Shown one piece after another: positions 40,736 through 51,208 of a stretch of DNA of 64,000 bases. A program made the position numbers and the translations under genes. This stretch comes from Myxococcota bacterium (GTDB lineage Bacteria > Myxococcota_A > UBA9160 > JAFDDA01): NCBI GenBank assembly GCA_965228475.1, contig OZ245817.1, positions 4,480,001 to 4,544,000 of the forward strand, read 5' to 3'. The notes beneath the pieces are model-generated. The model worked only from the letters and a program-made list of their open reading frames with translations, searched no databases and was not told where the DNA came from. The stretch's first letter is position 1, and each line of letters begins with the position of its first letter.

Positions 40736-41640
40736 CAGCCGCCGTCGCCTTTGCCGGTCTGGCGCGCCAGGGCTTCGCTCCCCGCGAGGTCGTCGACGAA
40801 CTGCCGCGCCGTCCGGCCCGAGCGCGAGGAGCGGTCGAGGGCGAAGCGCAGGGCCTCGGCCCGGAGGCGATCGGGGGGCACCTCGAGGCCGGCCTGCTTC
40901 GCGTAGTGCTCGACGATCTCGAGGTACGTCGGCTGCTTGAACCCGTAGAAGCCGAGCAGCAGACCGAAGCGATCCGAGAGCGCGAGCTTCTCCTCGACCG
41001 CCTCGCCCATGCGCAGCTCGCCGTCCTCGTCGAGATGGGCGCCGGCCGAATCGCTGCGCAGCTCGGGCATCAGGTGGCGGCGGTTGCTCGTCGCGACGAC
41101 GCGGACGTTCTCGGGCGGCGCTTCGACGCTTCCCTCGAGCGCCGCCTTGAGTTCCCGGTAGCTCGACTCCTGGTGATCGAAGGAGAGATCGTCGCAGAAG
41201 AGCAGGAAGCGGTAGGGCTGGCCGCGCAGCAGGGCGACGACTTCCGGCAGGTGCATCAGGTCGGCCTTGTGGACTTCGACGAGCCGCAGGCCGCGCTCGC
41301 CGAACCTCGGGACCAGGCCCTTCACCGCCGAGCTCTTCCCGGTGCCGCGCTCGCCGAACAGGAGGACGTGGTTGGCGGGCAGGCCCCGGACGAACTGTTC
41401 GGTGTTTCGCACGAGCTTGGCGAGGGCCGAATCGATGCCGAGCAGGTCGTCGAGGTCGAAGGTCGCGGGGTCCTGGACGGGGACGAGACGCCCTGCGCCG
41501 GCCACGACCTCCCAGCGGAAGACGTGAACCGTCTCGAACACGGCCGGATCGAACTCGGGCCCGACCGCCCGCGCGAGCGCGCGCTCGGCGAGGCGGAGCA
41601 CCCGCTGGAAGCTGTCGAGGAGTTCCGAGGCCCGGCCCAT
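40735..41640 (-). CDS. DUF815 family AAA+ ATPase
   Basis: GERGTGKSS, FCDDLSF, ATSNRRHL, EEKLALSDRFGL, SGRTARQF. Confidence 0.9.
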   Translation of the reverse strand: MGRASELLDSFQRVLRLAERALARAVGPEFDPAVFETVHVFRWEVVAGAGRLVPVQDPATFDLDDLLGIDSALAKLVRNTEQFVRGLPANHVLLFGERGTGKSSAVKGLVPRFGERGLRLVEVHKADLMHLPEVVALLRGQPYRFLLFCDDLSFDHQESSYRELKAALEGSVEAPPENVRVVATSNRRHLMPELRSDSAGAHLDEDGELRMGEAVEEKLALSDRFGLLLGFYGFKQPTYLEIVEHYAKQAGLEVPPDRLRAEALRFALDRSSRSGRTARQFVDDLAGSEALARQTGKGDGG

Positions 41641-41761
41641 GGCGGCGGATTGTAGACCCCGCCCGGCCGCCGGGCTCGCAGGAAGCGCAGCCCGACTCGC
41701 AGGCCAGCGCCCCGCGCCCACGCCCAGGGACGGCCGTAGACGGAAGCCGTAGACTCGGCAG

Positions 41762-41998
41762 GTGCCCCGGAACCGCGAGATCGACGCCGCCGAAGCCGCC
41801 CGCGTAGGACTTTGCGTCCGCTGCCGCCACGCCGGGCAGCAGGACAACCCACGCGGCAGCCGCTTCTGGCGCTGCCTTCGCGCCGAGAGCGACCCGCGCC
41901 TGCGGCGCTACCCCCCGATCCCCGTCGCGGCCTGCTTCGCGTTCGAGGCGGACGGATCGGCGCCGGAGGACCCTGCGGGGCTCGAGGACGGGGGTTGA
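41762..41998 (+). CDS. Small Cys-rich hypothetical protein (possible metal binding)
   Basis: GLCVRCRHA...FWRC...RYPPIPVAAC, four Cys; TAGACT 6 nt before GTG. Confidence 0.65.
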   Translation: MPRNREIDAAEAARVGLCVRCRHAGQQDNPRGSRFWRCLRAESDPRLRRYPPIPVAACFAFEADGSAPEDPAGLEDGG

Positions 41999-42198
41999 GG
42001 AGGCCGGGGCGCCGGGCGGGAAGAAAGCGTGCGAATCAGCGCGGCGGGTACTTCGACGTCGGCAGCGGCTGCGAGAGCGGGAGCGTGTCCGGGTCTTGAC
42101 CGGTCCGGCCCCTGGTGCGACTCCCGACCTCCTCGCCTGCTGAGTGCCCCTCGGCCCCCTCCGGGTTCCACCCGCGGCGATCGTGCTAGCGTCGGCCC

Positions 42199-42675
42199 GT
42201 GGCGGACGGACCCGAACTCGGCGAAAAAGCTCCGGACTTCACCCTCGAGTCGACCGCGGGCGCGGTCTCCCTCGGGGAACGGCTCGCGAAGAGCGCCGTC
42301 CTCCTCGTCTTCTACCCCGGCGACGACACGCCCGTCTGCACCCGCCAGCTCTGCGACTACCGGGACAACCTCTCGGTCTTCGAGGGGCTCGGCGTCGACG
42401 TCCTCGCCCTGAACACCCAATCGCTCGATTCCCACCGGGCCTTCGCCGAGAAGCACGACCTCCCCTTCCCGATCCTCGCCGACGAGGACGGAGCGGTCTG
42501 CAAGGCCTACGGGGCGACCGGGCTCCTCGGCATGACGAAGCGAGCGCTCTTCCTGATCGACCGGGGCGGCATCGTCCGCTACCGCCACGTCGACTTCCCG
42601 ATGTTCCGCCGCAAGGCCAGCGAGCTCGAAGACATCATCTCCTCGCTCGGCGGGACGGACCTCGGGGATGGCTGA
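42199..42675 (+). CDS. bcp: Peroxiredoxin (BCP/PrxQ)
   Basis: FYPGDDTPVCTRQLC (PxxxTxxC, CxxxxC). Confidence 0.88.
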   Translation: MADGPELGEKAPDFTLESTAGAVSLGERLAKSAVLLVFYPGDDTPVCTRQLCDYRDNLSVFEGLGVDVLALNTQSLDSHRAFAEKHDLPFPILADEDGAVCKAYGATGLLGMTKRALFLIDRGGIVRYRHVDFPMFRRKASELEDIISSLGGTDLGDG

Positions 42676-42710
42676 GCCCCACCAAGAGGAATCATGAGGC
42701 AGGAGAAATC

Positions 42711-43247
42711 ATGAGGCGCTGGTTCATTCTCTCGGCGATCGGACGCGACCGCCCGGGCCTCGCAGCCCAGCTCGCACAGCTCGTGCTCGATTGCGACGCG
42801 AGCCTCGACGACTCCCGCATGACCATCCTCGGCAGCGACTTCGCGATGATCCTCCTGTGCTCGTCCTCGAGCGACGAGGCCGCGGACCGGCTCGCCGTCG
42901 GCGCCAAGCAGCTCGAGCGGGATCACGGCCTCACCATCCTGATGCGGCACCTCGACGAAGGCCCGCGCCCGACGCTGCCCGCCGCCGACCACGTGCTCTA
43001 CCGCCTCGAGGCGGCGGGGGCGGACAAGGCGGGGATCGTCGCCGGCGTGTGCGGCGTGCTCGCGGAGCAGCGCGTGAACATCGCCGAGCTTTCGACGCGG
43101 AGCCGGCCGGGACCGGGCGGCGCGCCGCACTACGAGATGCAGCTCACGATCGAGGTGCCCGAGGACGTCGACCTCGGCGGCCTGCGGGCGGCGCTCGACG
43201 CCTGCGCGGACCGGCTGGTGATCGATCTGCTCCTGGCGCCGGCCTAG
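42711..43247 (+). CDS. GcvR-like tandem ACT-domain protein
   Basis: SAIGRDRPGL, DSRMTILG, GADKAGIV; adjacent to bcp as in enterobacteria. Confidence 0.85.
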   Translation: MRRWFILSAIGRDRPGLAAQLAQLVLDCDASLDDSRMTILGSDFAMILLCSSSSDEAADRLAVGAKQLERDHGLTILMRHLDEGPRPTLPAADHVLYRLEAAGADKAGIVAGVCGVLAEQRVNIAELSTRSRPGPGGAPHYEMQLTIEVPEDVDLGGLRAALDACADRLVIDLLLAPA

Positions 43248-43271
43248 CCAGCGCCGCAGGAGCGGAGCCCG

Positions 43272-43961
43272 CTAGGGCTCGCGCGTCATGCGCTTCTCGA
43301 TCTCCGCGATGTCCTCGTCGCTCCCGTCCCGGAACTCGGCGACGTCGCCCCAGCGGTCGGGCATCGCGACTTCGAGCTTCTCGAAGAAGTTCTCGAGGAA
43401 GCGGTAGGTCAGTCCCCAGACGATGTGCCGGCCCGGCTCGCCGACCAGGATGCCGGGAAAGCGCAGCCCGCGAATCCCGTAGTGGGTGCGCCGTTCCGGA
43501 TCGAGCAGGTCTTCGATGGGGAACCAGAACGCCTCGGCCACCTCGTGGTTCGGCTCGAGCGGCGCCGGGTCGCGGACGGCGTAGACGTAGGCCGAGATCA
43601 CCATCGGGATCTCCCGCCCGGCGTGGCGGCCGCGCAGGTCGTCGAGCTGGCCGAGGAGTTCGGCGCCGGCCAGGGTGACCGAAACCTCTTCGAGCGTCTC
43701 GCGCTCGGCGGCGTGGCGCGGGCCTTCGTCGCTCTCCTCGACGCGCCCTCCCGGGAAGGCCATGTGCCCGGACCACGGGTCGCCCGCGAACTCGGCGCGC
43801 TCGATGAACAGCACGTCGAGGCCGGGCCCGTCCCCGCCGGCCGGCCGCAGCACCATCGCCACGGCGGCGCGCCGCTTTCGCTGCCCGTCTTCGGTCTCGC
43901 CGGATTCGAGCTGCGCCGGATGCTTCGCGAGGGCCCGGCCGATCGACTCGAAGTCCTTCAC
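43272..43961 (-). CDS. CoA pyrophosphatase (Nudix, NudL-like)
   Basis: WSGHMAFPGG, AAERETLEE Nudix box, IVWGLT. Confidence 0.88.
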   Translation of the reverse strand: MKDFESIGRALAKHPAQLESGETEDGQRKRRAAVAMVLRPAGGDGPGLDVLFIERAEFAGDPWSGHMAFPGGRVEESDEGPRHAAERETLEEVSVTLAGAELLGQLDDLRGRHAGREIPMVISAYVYAVRDPAPLEPNHEVAEAFWFPIEDLLDPERRTHYGIRGLRFPGILVGEPGRHIVWGLTYRFLENFFEKLEVAMPDRWGDVAEFRDGSDEDIAEIEKRMTREP

Positions 43962-44001
43962 GCGAACCCTCGGGATCCGCTCTCGACCGATTCGAAACCC
44001 C

Positions 44002-45525
44002 TCACCCCGCGCAATCGAGCTCGACGTGGACGATGCGTTCTTCGGGGGCGTCCCCCGAGCCCTCGCGCCGCTGGCCGAGGTAGAAGCTGCGGGCGTCGGG
44101 CACGAGGCTGATGCCGGTGGGCGCACCCCAGGCGGCGGTCTCCCCGAGATCGACGCGCTGGCCGCCGCCCTGGGTCGGCCCCCAGACGACTTCGGTCTCC
44201 TGGAAGAGGCCAGCGTCGTCCGCCAGGGCGCGTGCGTAGACCGGCGCGACGGCGAAGCTCACGGCGTCGGGCAGCAGACCCGAAGCGCTCGCCCGCCGGG
44301 CACTCGCCGCCACGTACCAGCCGCCGTCGGTGTTGAAGGATGCCCCGCCGATTCCGGCGACGCTCTCGCCGAGCGCGAGCGCGGATTCCGTCGCCGGGTC
44401 GACGGCATCGATCCGCGCGGGCCCGAGCGGATTCCCCCGAGCGAACACCAGGGCGCGCGCGTCGGGCGACCACGCCAACGGCGCCAGCCAGTCCGCCCCG
44501 CCCTGGGCGAGCGTTCCGACGCCGCCGAGCTGGAGCGAACCGTGGCCCGAGACGAGGCCGCCGGACACCGCCCGGTAGCGTCCGCCCTCGCCCCGCGACC
44601 ACGCGAGCGTGTTCGGGGAGGGCCCGAAGAGCGCCCCTTCGTCGGGGCCGGGCTCGTAGGTGATCCGGCGCGACTTCACGCCGCGGAGCGCCGCCGAGGT
44701 GTTCAAGAGATGGAGTTCGGTGTTTCCCGGGCGGCGCCAGCTCACGTGACGGTCCGTGTCGAAGGCGACCGAGGCGCCGCCCCGGCTCGGCGCGGGCCGC
44801 CGGTTGTTGCCGGGCTCGCCGCAGGTGAGGCAGGCGTGCTCGCCCGAAGCGAGCGTCATCCGATGGATCTGCCGCCGGCCTTCGGGGCCCGGGGCATCGT
44901 AGAAGAGATGGTTCCCCTCGGCGTCGAGGCGCGGGTGTGCCCCGGTCTCGTGGACGACCGCAACGCGGCTCGCACGCGGCGAACACTCGGGCAGGGGCAC
45001 CGTGTCGATCGTCGCGTCGTGGTCGAACACGGCCCGTCGGTTCGCGTCCGTCCGCGTGGGTTCCTCGGCACCGAGGGACGCGGAGAGCGCCGAGGCCGAA
45101 AGGAGTACGAGCCCGCCGCCCAGGACCGCGAGCAGCACGGCGCCGACCTGGGCGCCGAGGCCGCCCACGGGAACCTGCCGGCGGGCGGCCCAGGCGAAGG
45201 CCGCGGCCAGGAGCAGGAACACGAGGAGGAAGGAAGCGACCGGACTCGGCGGAAGCTGCAGCAGCGCGAGCGCGAGGGCGGGCCATGCCACGAGCCCCGC
45301 GCTGGCGGCGCGGGCGAAGCGCGCACCGCGGTCCGGCTCGTCCTGGGGGCGGCGGTCGAGCAGGTGCGCGACCAGCAGCACGACCAGCCCCCCGGCCAGC
45401 GCGCCGAGCCGCACCCACAGACGCGCCGGTTCGTCCGGGTGTTGCGAGACGAGGCTGGCGACCGCCAGGGCACCCAACGCACCGGGGCCCAGACCCGAAA
45501 AGAAACACCAAGCTCGCCAGAACAC
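44002..45525 (-). CDS. Membrane-anchored protein with TolB/PD40-like beta-propeller
   Basis: About five N-terminal TM segments; CLTC; WSPDARALVF-type repeats. Confidence 0.65.
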   Translation of the reverse strand: MFWRAWCFFSGLGPGALGALAVASLVSQHPDEPARLWVRLGALAGGLVVLLVAHLLDRRPQDEPDRGARFARAASAGLVAWPALALALLQLPPSPVASFLLVFLLLAAAFAWAARRQVPVGGLGAQVGAVLLAVLGGGLVLLSASALSASLGAEEPTRTDANRRAVFDHDATIDTVPLPECSPRASRVAVVHETGAHPRLDAEGNHLFYDAPGPEGRRQIHRMTLASGEHACLTCGEPGNNRRPAPSRGGASVAFDTDRHVSWRRPGNTELHLLNTSAALRGVKSRRITYEPGPDEGALFGPSPNTLAWSRGEGGRYRAVSGGLVSGHGSLQLGGVGTLAQGGADWLAPLAWSPDARALVFARGNPLGPARIDAVDPATESALALGESVAGIGGASFNTDGGWYVAASARRASASGLLPDAVSFAVAPVYARALADDAGLFQETEVVWGPTQGGGQRVDLGETAAWGAPTGISLVPDARSFYLGQRREGSGDAPEERIVHVELDCAG

Positions 45526-45584
45526 ACCACCCCCTCGCCGGATGCGAATGTTACCACCCCCGCCGCGCGCTACCGTCGCGCGCG

Positions 45585-46805
45585 ATGCCCCTCCCCCCCG
45601 CCACCTCGCCGGCCGACGCCGCGCGCCTGATCGCCCTGGCCCGGAAGGACCGCGCGGCGGCCTCCGAAGCGCTCCTGGGCCTCCCGGTGGACGATCAGGT
45701 GGCCCTGGTCTGCCAGTCCCCGCTGGGCGAGCGGGCGGGGCTGCTCTCCCTGGTGCCGAAGCCCGAGGAGGTCATCCCGCGCATCCCCGAAGCCGAGCTC
45801 TGCTTCATCGTGAAGGCCGCGGGGCCGAGCCACGCCGGCTGGATCGTCGAACACGCGAGCCCGGAGCAGCTCGTCGCCTGCGTCGACCTCGATGGCTGGG
45901 ACGGTGCCCGGTTCGCGCCGGGGCGTTTCCGCGATTGGTGGCTCGCCGCCGCCGACGCCGGCCCGGAGACCCTGCTCCGCTGGCACGGGAGCCTCGACCC
46001 CGAGCTCCTCGTGCTCGAACTCCAGGGCCGCATCGAAGTGACCCAGAAGCCCGACGACGCCACCGAGCGGGAAGGCTGGGCACCGCCGCCCGGATCCCAG
46101 ACCCTCGACGGGGACTTCCACTACCGCCCGCTCCGCGAAGGCGACGACCTCGCCGAGCTCACGATGCTCCTGAAGTGCCTCTACGAAGCGAACTACGCGG
46201 ACTACTTCCGCGTGATGCAGGGCCCGCGTCACGAGCTCCCGATCGAGACCGAGGAGTGGGCCCTTCGCTGGCGGACGGGCCGGCTCGAAGACCTCGGCTT
46301 CCCGTCGCGCGAAGACGCCGCGGCGCTCTTCGCGAGAATCGAGCCCGAGGAGCGCGGCGAACTCCACGACGATGCCGCCGTGCTCGACGTGGCCGGCTTC
46401 CGGTTGCCCGTCTGGTTCCCGAAGGTCCCGATCGCCGTCGATGCGGAACACGCCGTGCTCGCGGCCGCCGCGCGGCTCCCGGAATCGCTGCGCGAAGGCT
46501 TCCTGTACCGCCTGATGGCCGTCGCGAACAAAGTGGCCGTGGCCTACGGCCTGCCGCTCTCGGACGTCGAATCCGTCCCCGCGGCGATGGACGAAGCCGT
46601 GCGCATGACGAGCCGCGGGCTCGAGGAGATCGCGCGCGCGAACGGCGTGGCGACCGAGGAGGTCCTGCGCAGGACGTCGCTCGAGCGGCTCTTCCGCGTG
46701 GGTGCCTCGTTCCATCCCGAGAAGGCCGAACGCGTGCTCGAACTCGGAGAAGCTCCCCTCGAAGAGAAGCCCGGAGCCGACGACGCGGCCGAAGCGGAGA
46801 GCTGA
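45585..46805 (+). CDS. DUF6178-like protein
   Basis: HASPEQLVACVDLDGW, LDPELLVL, EEWALRWRTGRLEDLGFP, LFRVG. Confidence 0.75.
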   Translation: MPLPPATSPADAARLIALARKDRAAASEALLGLPVDDQVALVCQSPLGERAGLLSLVPKPEEVIPRIPEAELCFIVKAAGPSHAGWIVEHASPEQLVACVDLDGWDGARFAPGRFRDWWLAAADAGPETLLRWHGSLDPELLVLELQGRIEVTQKPDDATEREGWAPPPGSQTLDGDFHYRPLREGDDLAELTMLLKCLYEANYADYFRVMQGPRHELPIETEEWALRWRTGRLEDLGFPSREDAAALFARIEPEERGELHDDAAVLDVAGFRLPVWFPKVPIAVDAEHAVLAAAARLPESLREGFLYRLMAVANKVAVAYGLPLSDVESVPAAMDEAVRMTSRGLEEIARANGVATEEVLRRTSLERLFRVGASFHPEKAERVLELGEAPLEEKPGADDAAEAES

Positions 46806-46836
46806 CCGGGCAACGAGAACCGATGCCCGAAACGAA

Positions 46837-46869
46837 GAACGCCCGCGAACCGACGGCTCGCGGGCGTTC
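46837..46869 (-). terminator. Intrinsic terminator of the histone-fold gene (possibly bidirectional)
   Basis: GAACGCCCGCGA / TCGCGGGCGTTC 12-bp stem followed on the minus strand by TTCGTTTC. Confidence 0.75.
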
Positions 46870-46889
46870 CAGACTCTCGAGAGCGGCGA

Positions 46890-47108
46890 CTAGATGTCGA
46901 CGGCCTTGATGGTCTTGCGCTTGTTGCCGATCGCGCGCGCCTCGGCACCCTTGATGATGTCGCGGACGTGCGCGTCGAGCGCAGCGTAGAACTCACTGCT
47001 CACGTTGCACTTCTTGGTCGCGCCCTTGGTGCGCGACTTCGAGATGATGAGCTCCGCCGGCTTGCTGCTGCGGCGACGCGTTGCCTTCTTCTTCTTACGA
47101 GCTGCCAT
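46890..47108 (-). CDS. Prokaryotic histone-fold protein with basic N-terminal tail
   Basis: 72 aa; core ELIISKSRTK..NVSSEFYAALDAHVRDIIKGAEARAIGNKRKTIKAVDI with the RKTxxxxD L2 signature; GGAGG SD. Confidence 0.85.
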   Translation of the reverse strand: MAARKKKKATRRRSSKPAELIISKSRTKGATKKCNVSSEFYAALDAHVRDIIKGAEARAIGNKRKTIKAVDI

Positions 47109-47188
47109 GTTCCGTTTCCCTCCAACGTCGGTGCCGGTTCACGGCGACCGCGTGTTCCCCCCTCGGCTTGCCCGAGGTTCCGGGGCCG

Positions 47189-47216
47189 ATCATAAGCAAC
47201 TTTCCGTCGGGGGCAA
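47189..47216 (-). promoter_or_regulatory. sigma70-type promoter of the histone gene
   Basis: TTGCCC-N16-TATGAT on the minus strand, ~80 nt upstream of ATG. Confidence 0.6.
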
Positions 47217-47316
47217 CGGAAAAACGGCCGAAATCGGGCGCGGGAAGCCGCCTGGAGCCCGTTCTCGAAATCGCTTCCGAGACGACTCCGCCGGCCGGTT
47301 CGCTAGTTTCGCTTCC

Positions 47317-48189
47317 GTGCGGGACGTGAGCCAGGCATCGGAGCAAGCCGCGAAGCAGGCCGATTACGGCGCGGCGCGGAGCGAGTTCTTCACGCGCCCG
47401 GAACTCGACGGCGTGCGGCTCCATGCACTGCACTGGGGTGACCCGGATGGGCCGGCCATCGTGCTCGTCCACGGGGGCGGGGCCAACGGGCATTGGTGGA
47501 AGCAGCTCGCGCCCTCCCTCGCGAACGGCGCCCACGTGGTCGCGCTGGACTTTCGCGGGCACGGGGATTCGGACTTCCCGGAACGGCTCGCCGAAGGCGA
47601 CTTCCAGAGCGATCTTCATGCCTTGCTCGACCAGCTCGAAGCCCCGGACGCCGTTCTCGTGGGCCATTCCATGGGCGGAGAAGTCGTTCTACGCGTGGCC
47701 GCCGGCGGCCGTGCGACGCCCCGGGGCGTCGTCCTGCTCGATCTCGCGCGGGGCCGCAGCGACCGGGCCCGCCGCCTATTGCGGCGGGCTCTCACGATCC
47801 GTCACGCCTACCGGACGCGCGAGGAGGCCATCGAGCGCTTCCGCTTCGTCCCGCCCGCCGTCCACGTGGAGGAGGCGCTCCGGAACGAGATCGCCTCCCA
47901 CTCCGTCCACGCGGATGCCGGGGGGCGCTGGAGCTTCAAGTCCCACCGGGGCTGGATCGATGCGATCCCCTCGGACGAAGCGCGCCCGAGCGACGTGGCC
48001 TGCCCCGTGCTCTTCCTGCGCGGCGACGAGAGCGGAATCTGCAGCGAGGACGGGGCCCGCGAGCTGGTCGGGGCCCTGCCGCACGGGCGGCTCGCGACGA
48101 TCCCGCGCGCGGGGCACCACGTCCATCTCGACGCACCCGAGCCCACGGCGCGCGAGATTCGCCACTTCCTCGCCGGCCTTCCGCGCTGA
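47317..48189 (+). CDS. Alpha/beta hydrolase
   Basis: VHGGGAN, DFRGHGDS, GHSMGG, AGHHVHLD. Confidence 0.88.
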   Translation: MRDVSQASEQAAKQADYGAARSEFFTRPELDGVRLHALHWGDPDGPAIVLVHGGGANGHWWKQLAPSLANGAHVVALDFRGHGDSDFPERLAEGDFQSDLHALLDQLEAPDAVLVGHSMGGEVVLRVAAGGRATPRGVVLLDLARGRSDRARRLLRRALTIRHAYRTREEAIERFRFVPPAVHVEEALRNEIASHSVHADAGGRWSFKSHRGWIDAIPSDEARPSDVACPVLFLRGDESGICSEDGARELVGALPHGRLATIPRAGHHVHLDAPEPTAREIRHFLAGLPR

Positions 48190-48298
48190 GGCCCACCCCG
48201 GGTCGCCGACGGTCCGGCAGCGCGGATCCCCGCCAGGAGGCCGGGGGCGGGGTGTATGATGCCCGCGTCCGGCGCCTTTCGCGCCGCGGGAGCCCGAC

Positions 48299-49705
<1,407 letters not shown>

Positions 49706-49706
49706 G

Positions 49707-50120
49707 CTAGGCGCCCTTCGGGCCGCGCCGTTCGCGGTAGGCCGCCTCCCAGTCGCGGCCATCGAAGCGTTCCGGCGCGAGCGCGGCGAGACGTTCGAGC
49801 GTCATGCCGTCGAGGCAGCGCACGTTCACGTCGATCTTGTCCGGGTCCGAGCGCGCGACGTAGAACGGTGCGACCCCGCACTCCCGGCAGAAGTGGTGCT
49901 GCGCGCGCCCCGTCCCGAAGCGGTACGTCGCGAGCGGCGGGGCTTCCCCGAGCAGGCGGAAGCGTTCGCGCGGCACGTACCAGTGGACGTAGGCCTTCTT
50001 CGTACAGATCGAGCAGTTGCAGACCTCGACGCCCGCGAGCTCGGCTTCGACCTCGAAGCGGACGGCTCCGCAGTGACAGCCGCCCTGGTGGAGCGGCGCG
50101 GCGGGTTCGTTCGAGGCCAT
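49707..50120 (-). CDS. GFA/CENP-V family protein
   Basis: GGCHCGAVRF, CNCSIC, HHFCRECG. Confidence 0.9.
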   Translation of the reverse strand: MASNEPAAPLHQGGCHCGAVRFEVEAELAGVEVCNCSICTKKAYVHWYVPRERFRLLGEAPPLATYRFGTGRAQHHFCRECGVAPFYVARSDPDKIDVNVRCLDGMTLERLAALAPERFDGRDWEAAYRERRGPKGA

Positions 50121-50216
50121 GGAGCACGAGTCTAGCTCCTGCCGACGGCGCGCGAGGCGGTTGCGTGCGGGCTGCGCGCCGGTTGCCGAGGGAGCCCGAG
50201 ATCGGCCATCGCGGCG

Positions 50217-50242
50217 TCAAGACGCTCCGCACTTCCACCGAT
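50217..50242 (+). promoter_or_regulatory. sigma28-like promoter
   Basis: TCAAG-N16-CCGAT. Confidence 0.55.
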
Positions 50243-50333
50243 CCAGATGGGGAGTCACCCGGATTCCCGCGGACCTGCCGCGGAGCCCTGCGCCCATGAG
50301 CGGACGCGTCCGCCGTGAATTCGGAGTTTCCCC

Positions 50334-51149
50334 ATGCGTTTCTCGCGACCCCTGCTCTCGCTCTCGCGAGCCTTCGTGCTTTCCCTGGCGCTGCCGTTCT
50401 TCGCTTCACCGGCGAGCGCGAGCCTCTTCCTTTCCACCACGGGCAACGCGGCGCTCCCCGGGCTGAGCTTCAGCGGAGACGACGTCGCGCTCTGGGACGA
50501 AGCCGGCGCCAACGCGAGCCTCGCCCTCGACGATGGGAACTTCTCGGGCAACGAGAACATCGACGCCTTCCACCGCCTCGACTCGGGATCCTTCCTGATC
50601 TCCACCTCTGGAAACGCCACGCTCGGCGGACTCACCTTCGGAGACGACGACATCGTCCTCTACGACCCCGGCTCGGACACCGCGTCTCTCGCGTTCGACG
50701 GGGGCGCGCTCTTCTCGAACGGCAACGAGGACGTGGACGCCGTCTCGGTGCTGAGCAACGGGAACCTGCTCCTCTCGACGCGAGGCAACGCGACCCTCGG
50801 TGGGCTCACCTTCCGGGACGGCGACCTCGTCGAATACGACGCCGTGAACGACGTCGCGACGCTGTTCTTCAGCGAAGACCTCTTCCTGGCCGGTGAGGAC
50901 GTCGACGCGGTGCATGCCTTCGCGGACGGGACGCTGCTGATCTCCACCCAGGGCAACGCTTCCCTGGCCGGGCTCGCGTTCGGGGACGACGACGTCGTGC
51001 GCTACGACCCGCTCGGCGGAACCGCGGCCCTCACCTTCGACGGCGCCCACTTCGCGAGCGCCTTCGAGGACGTGGACGCCGTGGCCGTTCGCGAAGCGCC
51101 CCTCCTGGCGCTGTTCGCGCTTCCGCTCCTGCTCGCCCGCCGCAACTAG
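50334..51149 (+). CDS. Secreted Asp-rich repeat protein with PEP-CTERM-like C-terminal sorting signal
   Basis: Signal peptide (ASPASA); four ~59-aa repeats STxGNAxLxGLxF..DD(I/L/V)..YD; C-terminus AVREAP-LLALFALPLLLA-RRN. Confidence 0.75.
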   Translation: MRFSRPLLSLSRAFVLSLALPFFASPASASLFLSTTGNAALPGLSFSGDDVALWDEAGANASLALDDGNFSGNENIDAFHRLDSGSFLISTSGNATLGGLTFGDDDIVLYDPGSDTASLAFDGGALFSNGNEDVDAVSVLSNGNLLLSTRGNATLGGLTFRDGDLVEYDAVNDVATLFFSEDLFLAGEDVDAVHAFADGTLLISTQGNASLAGLAFGDDDVVRYDPLGGTAALTFDGAHFASAFEDVDAVAVREAPLLALFALPLLLARRN

Positions 51150-51208
51150 CGGAAGGGGTCGGACGCCGGCATCGCCGAAGTCGGCCCGGCTCGGGTAGTC
51201 TCTCCGGC

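Noticed and set aside
41999..42185. Possible tRNA/ncRNA in a ~200-bp intergenic gap (GGGAG...CTCCC pairing)
   Set aside because: No cloverleaf, T-loop or CCA end; pairing expected by chance at this GC content
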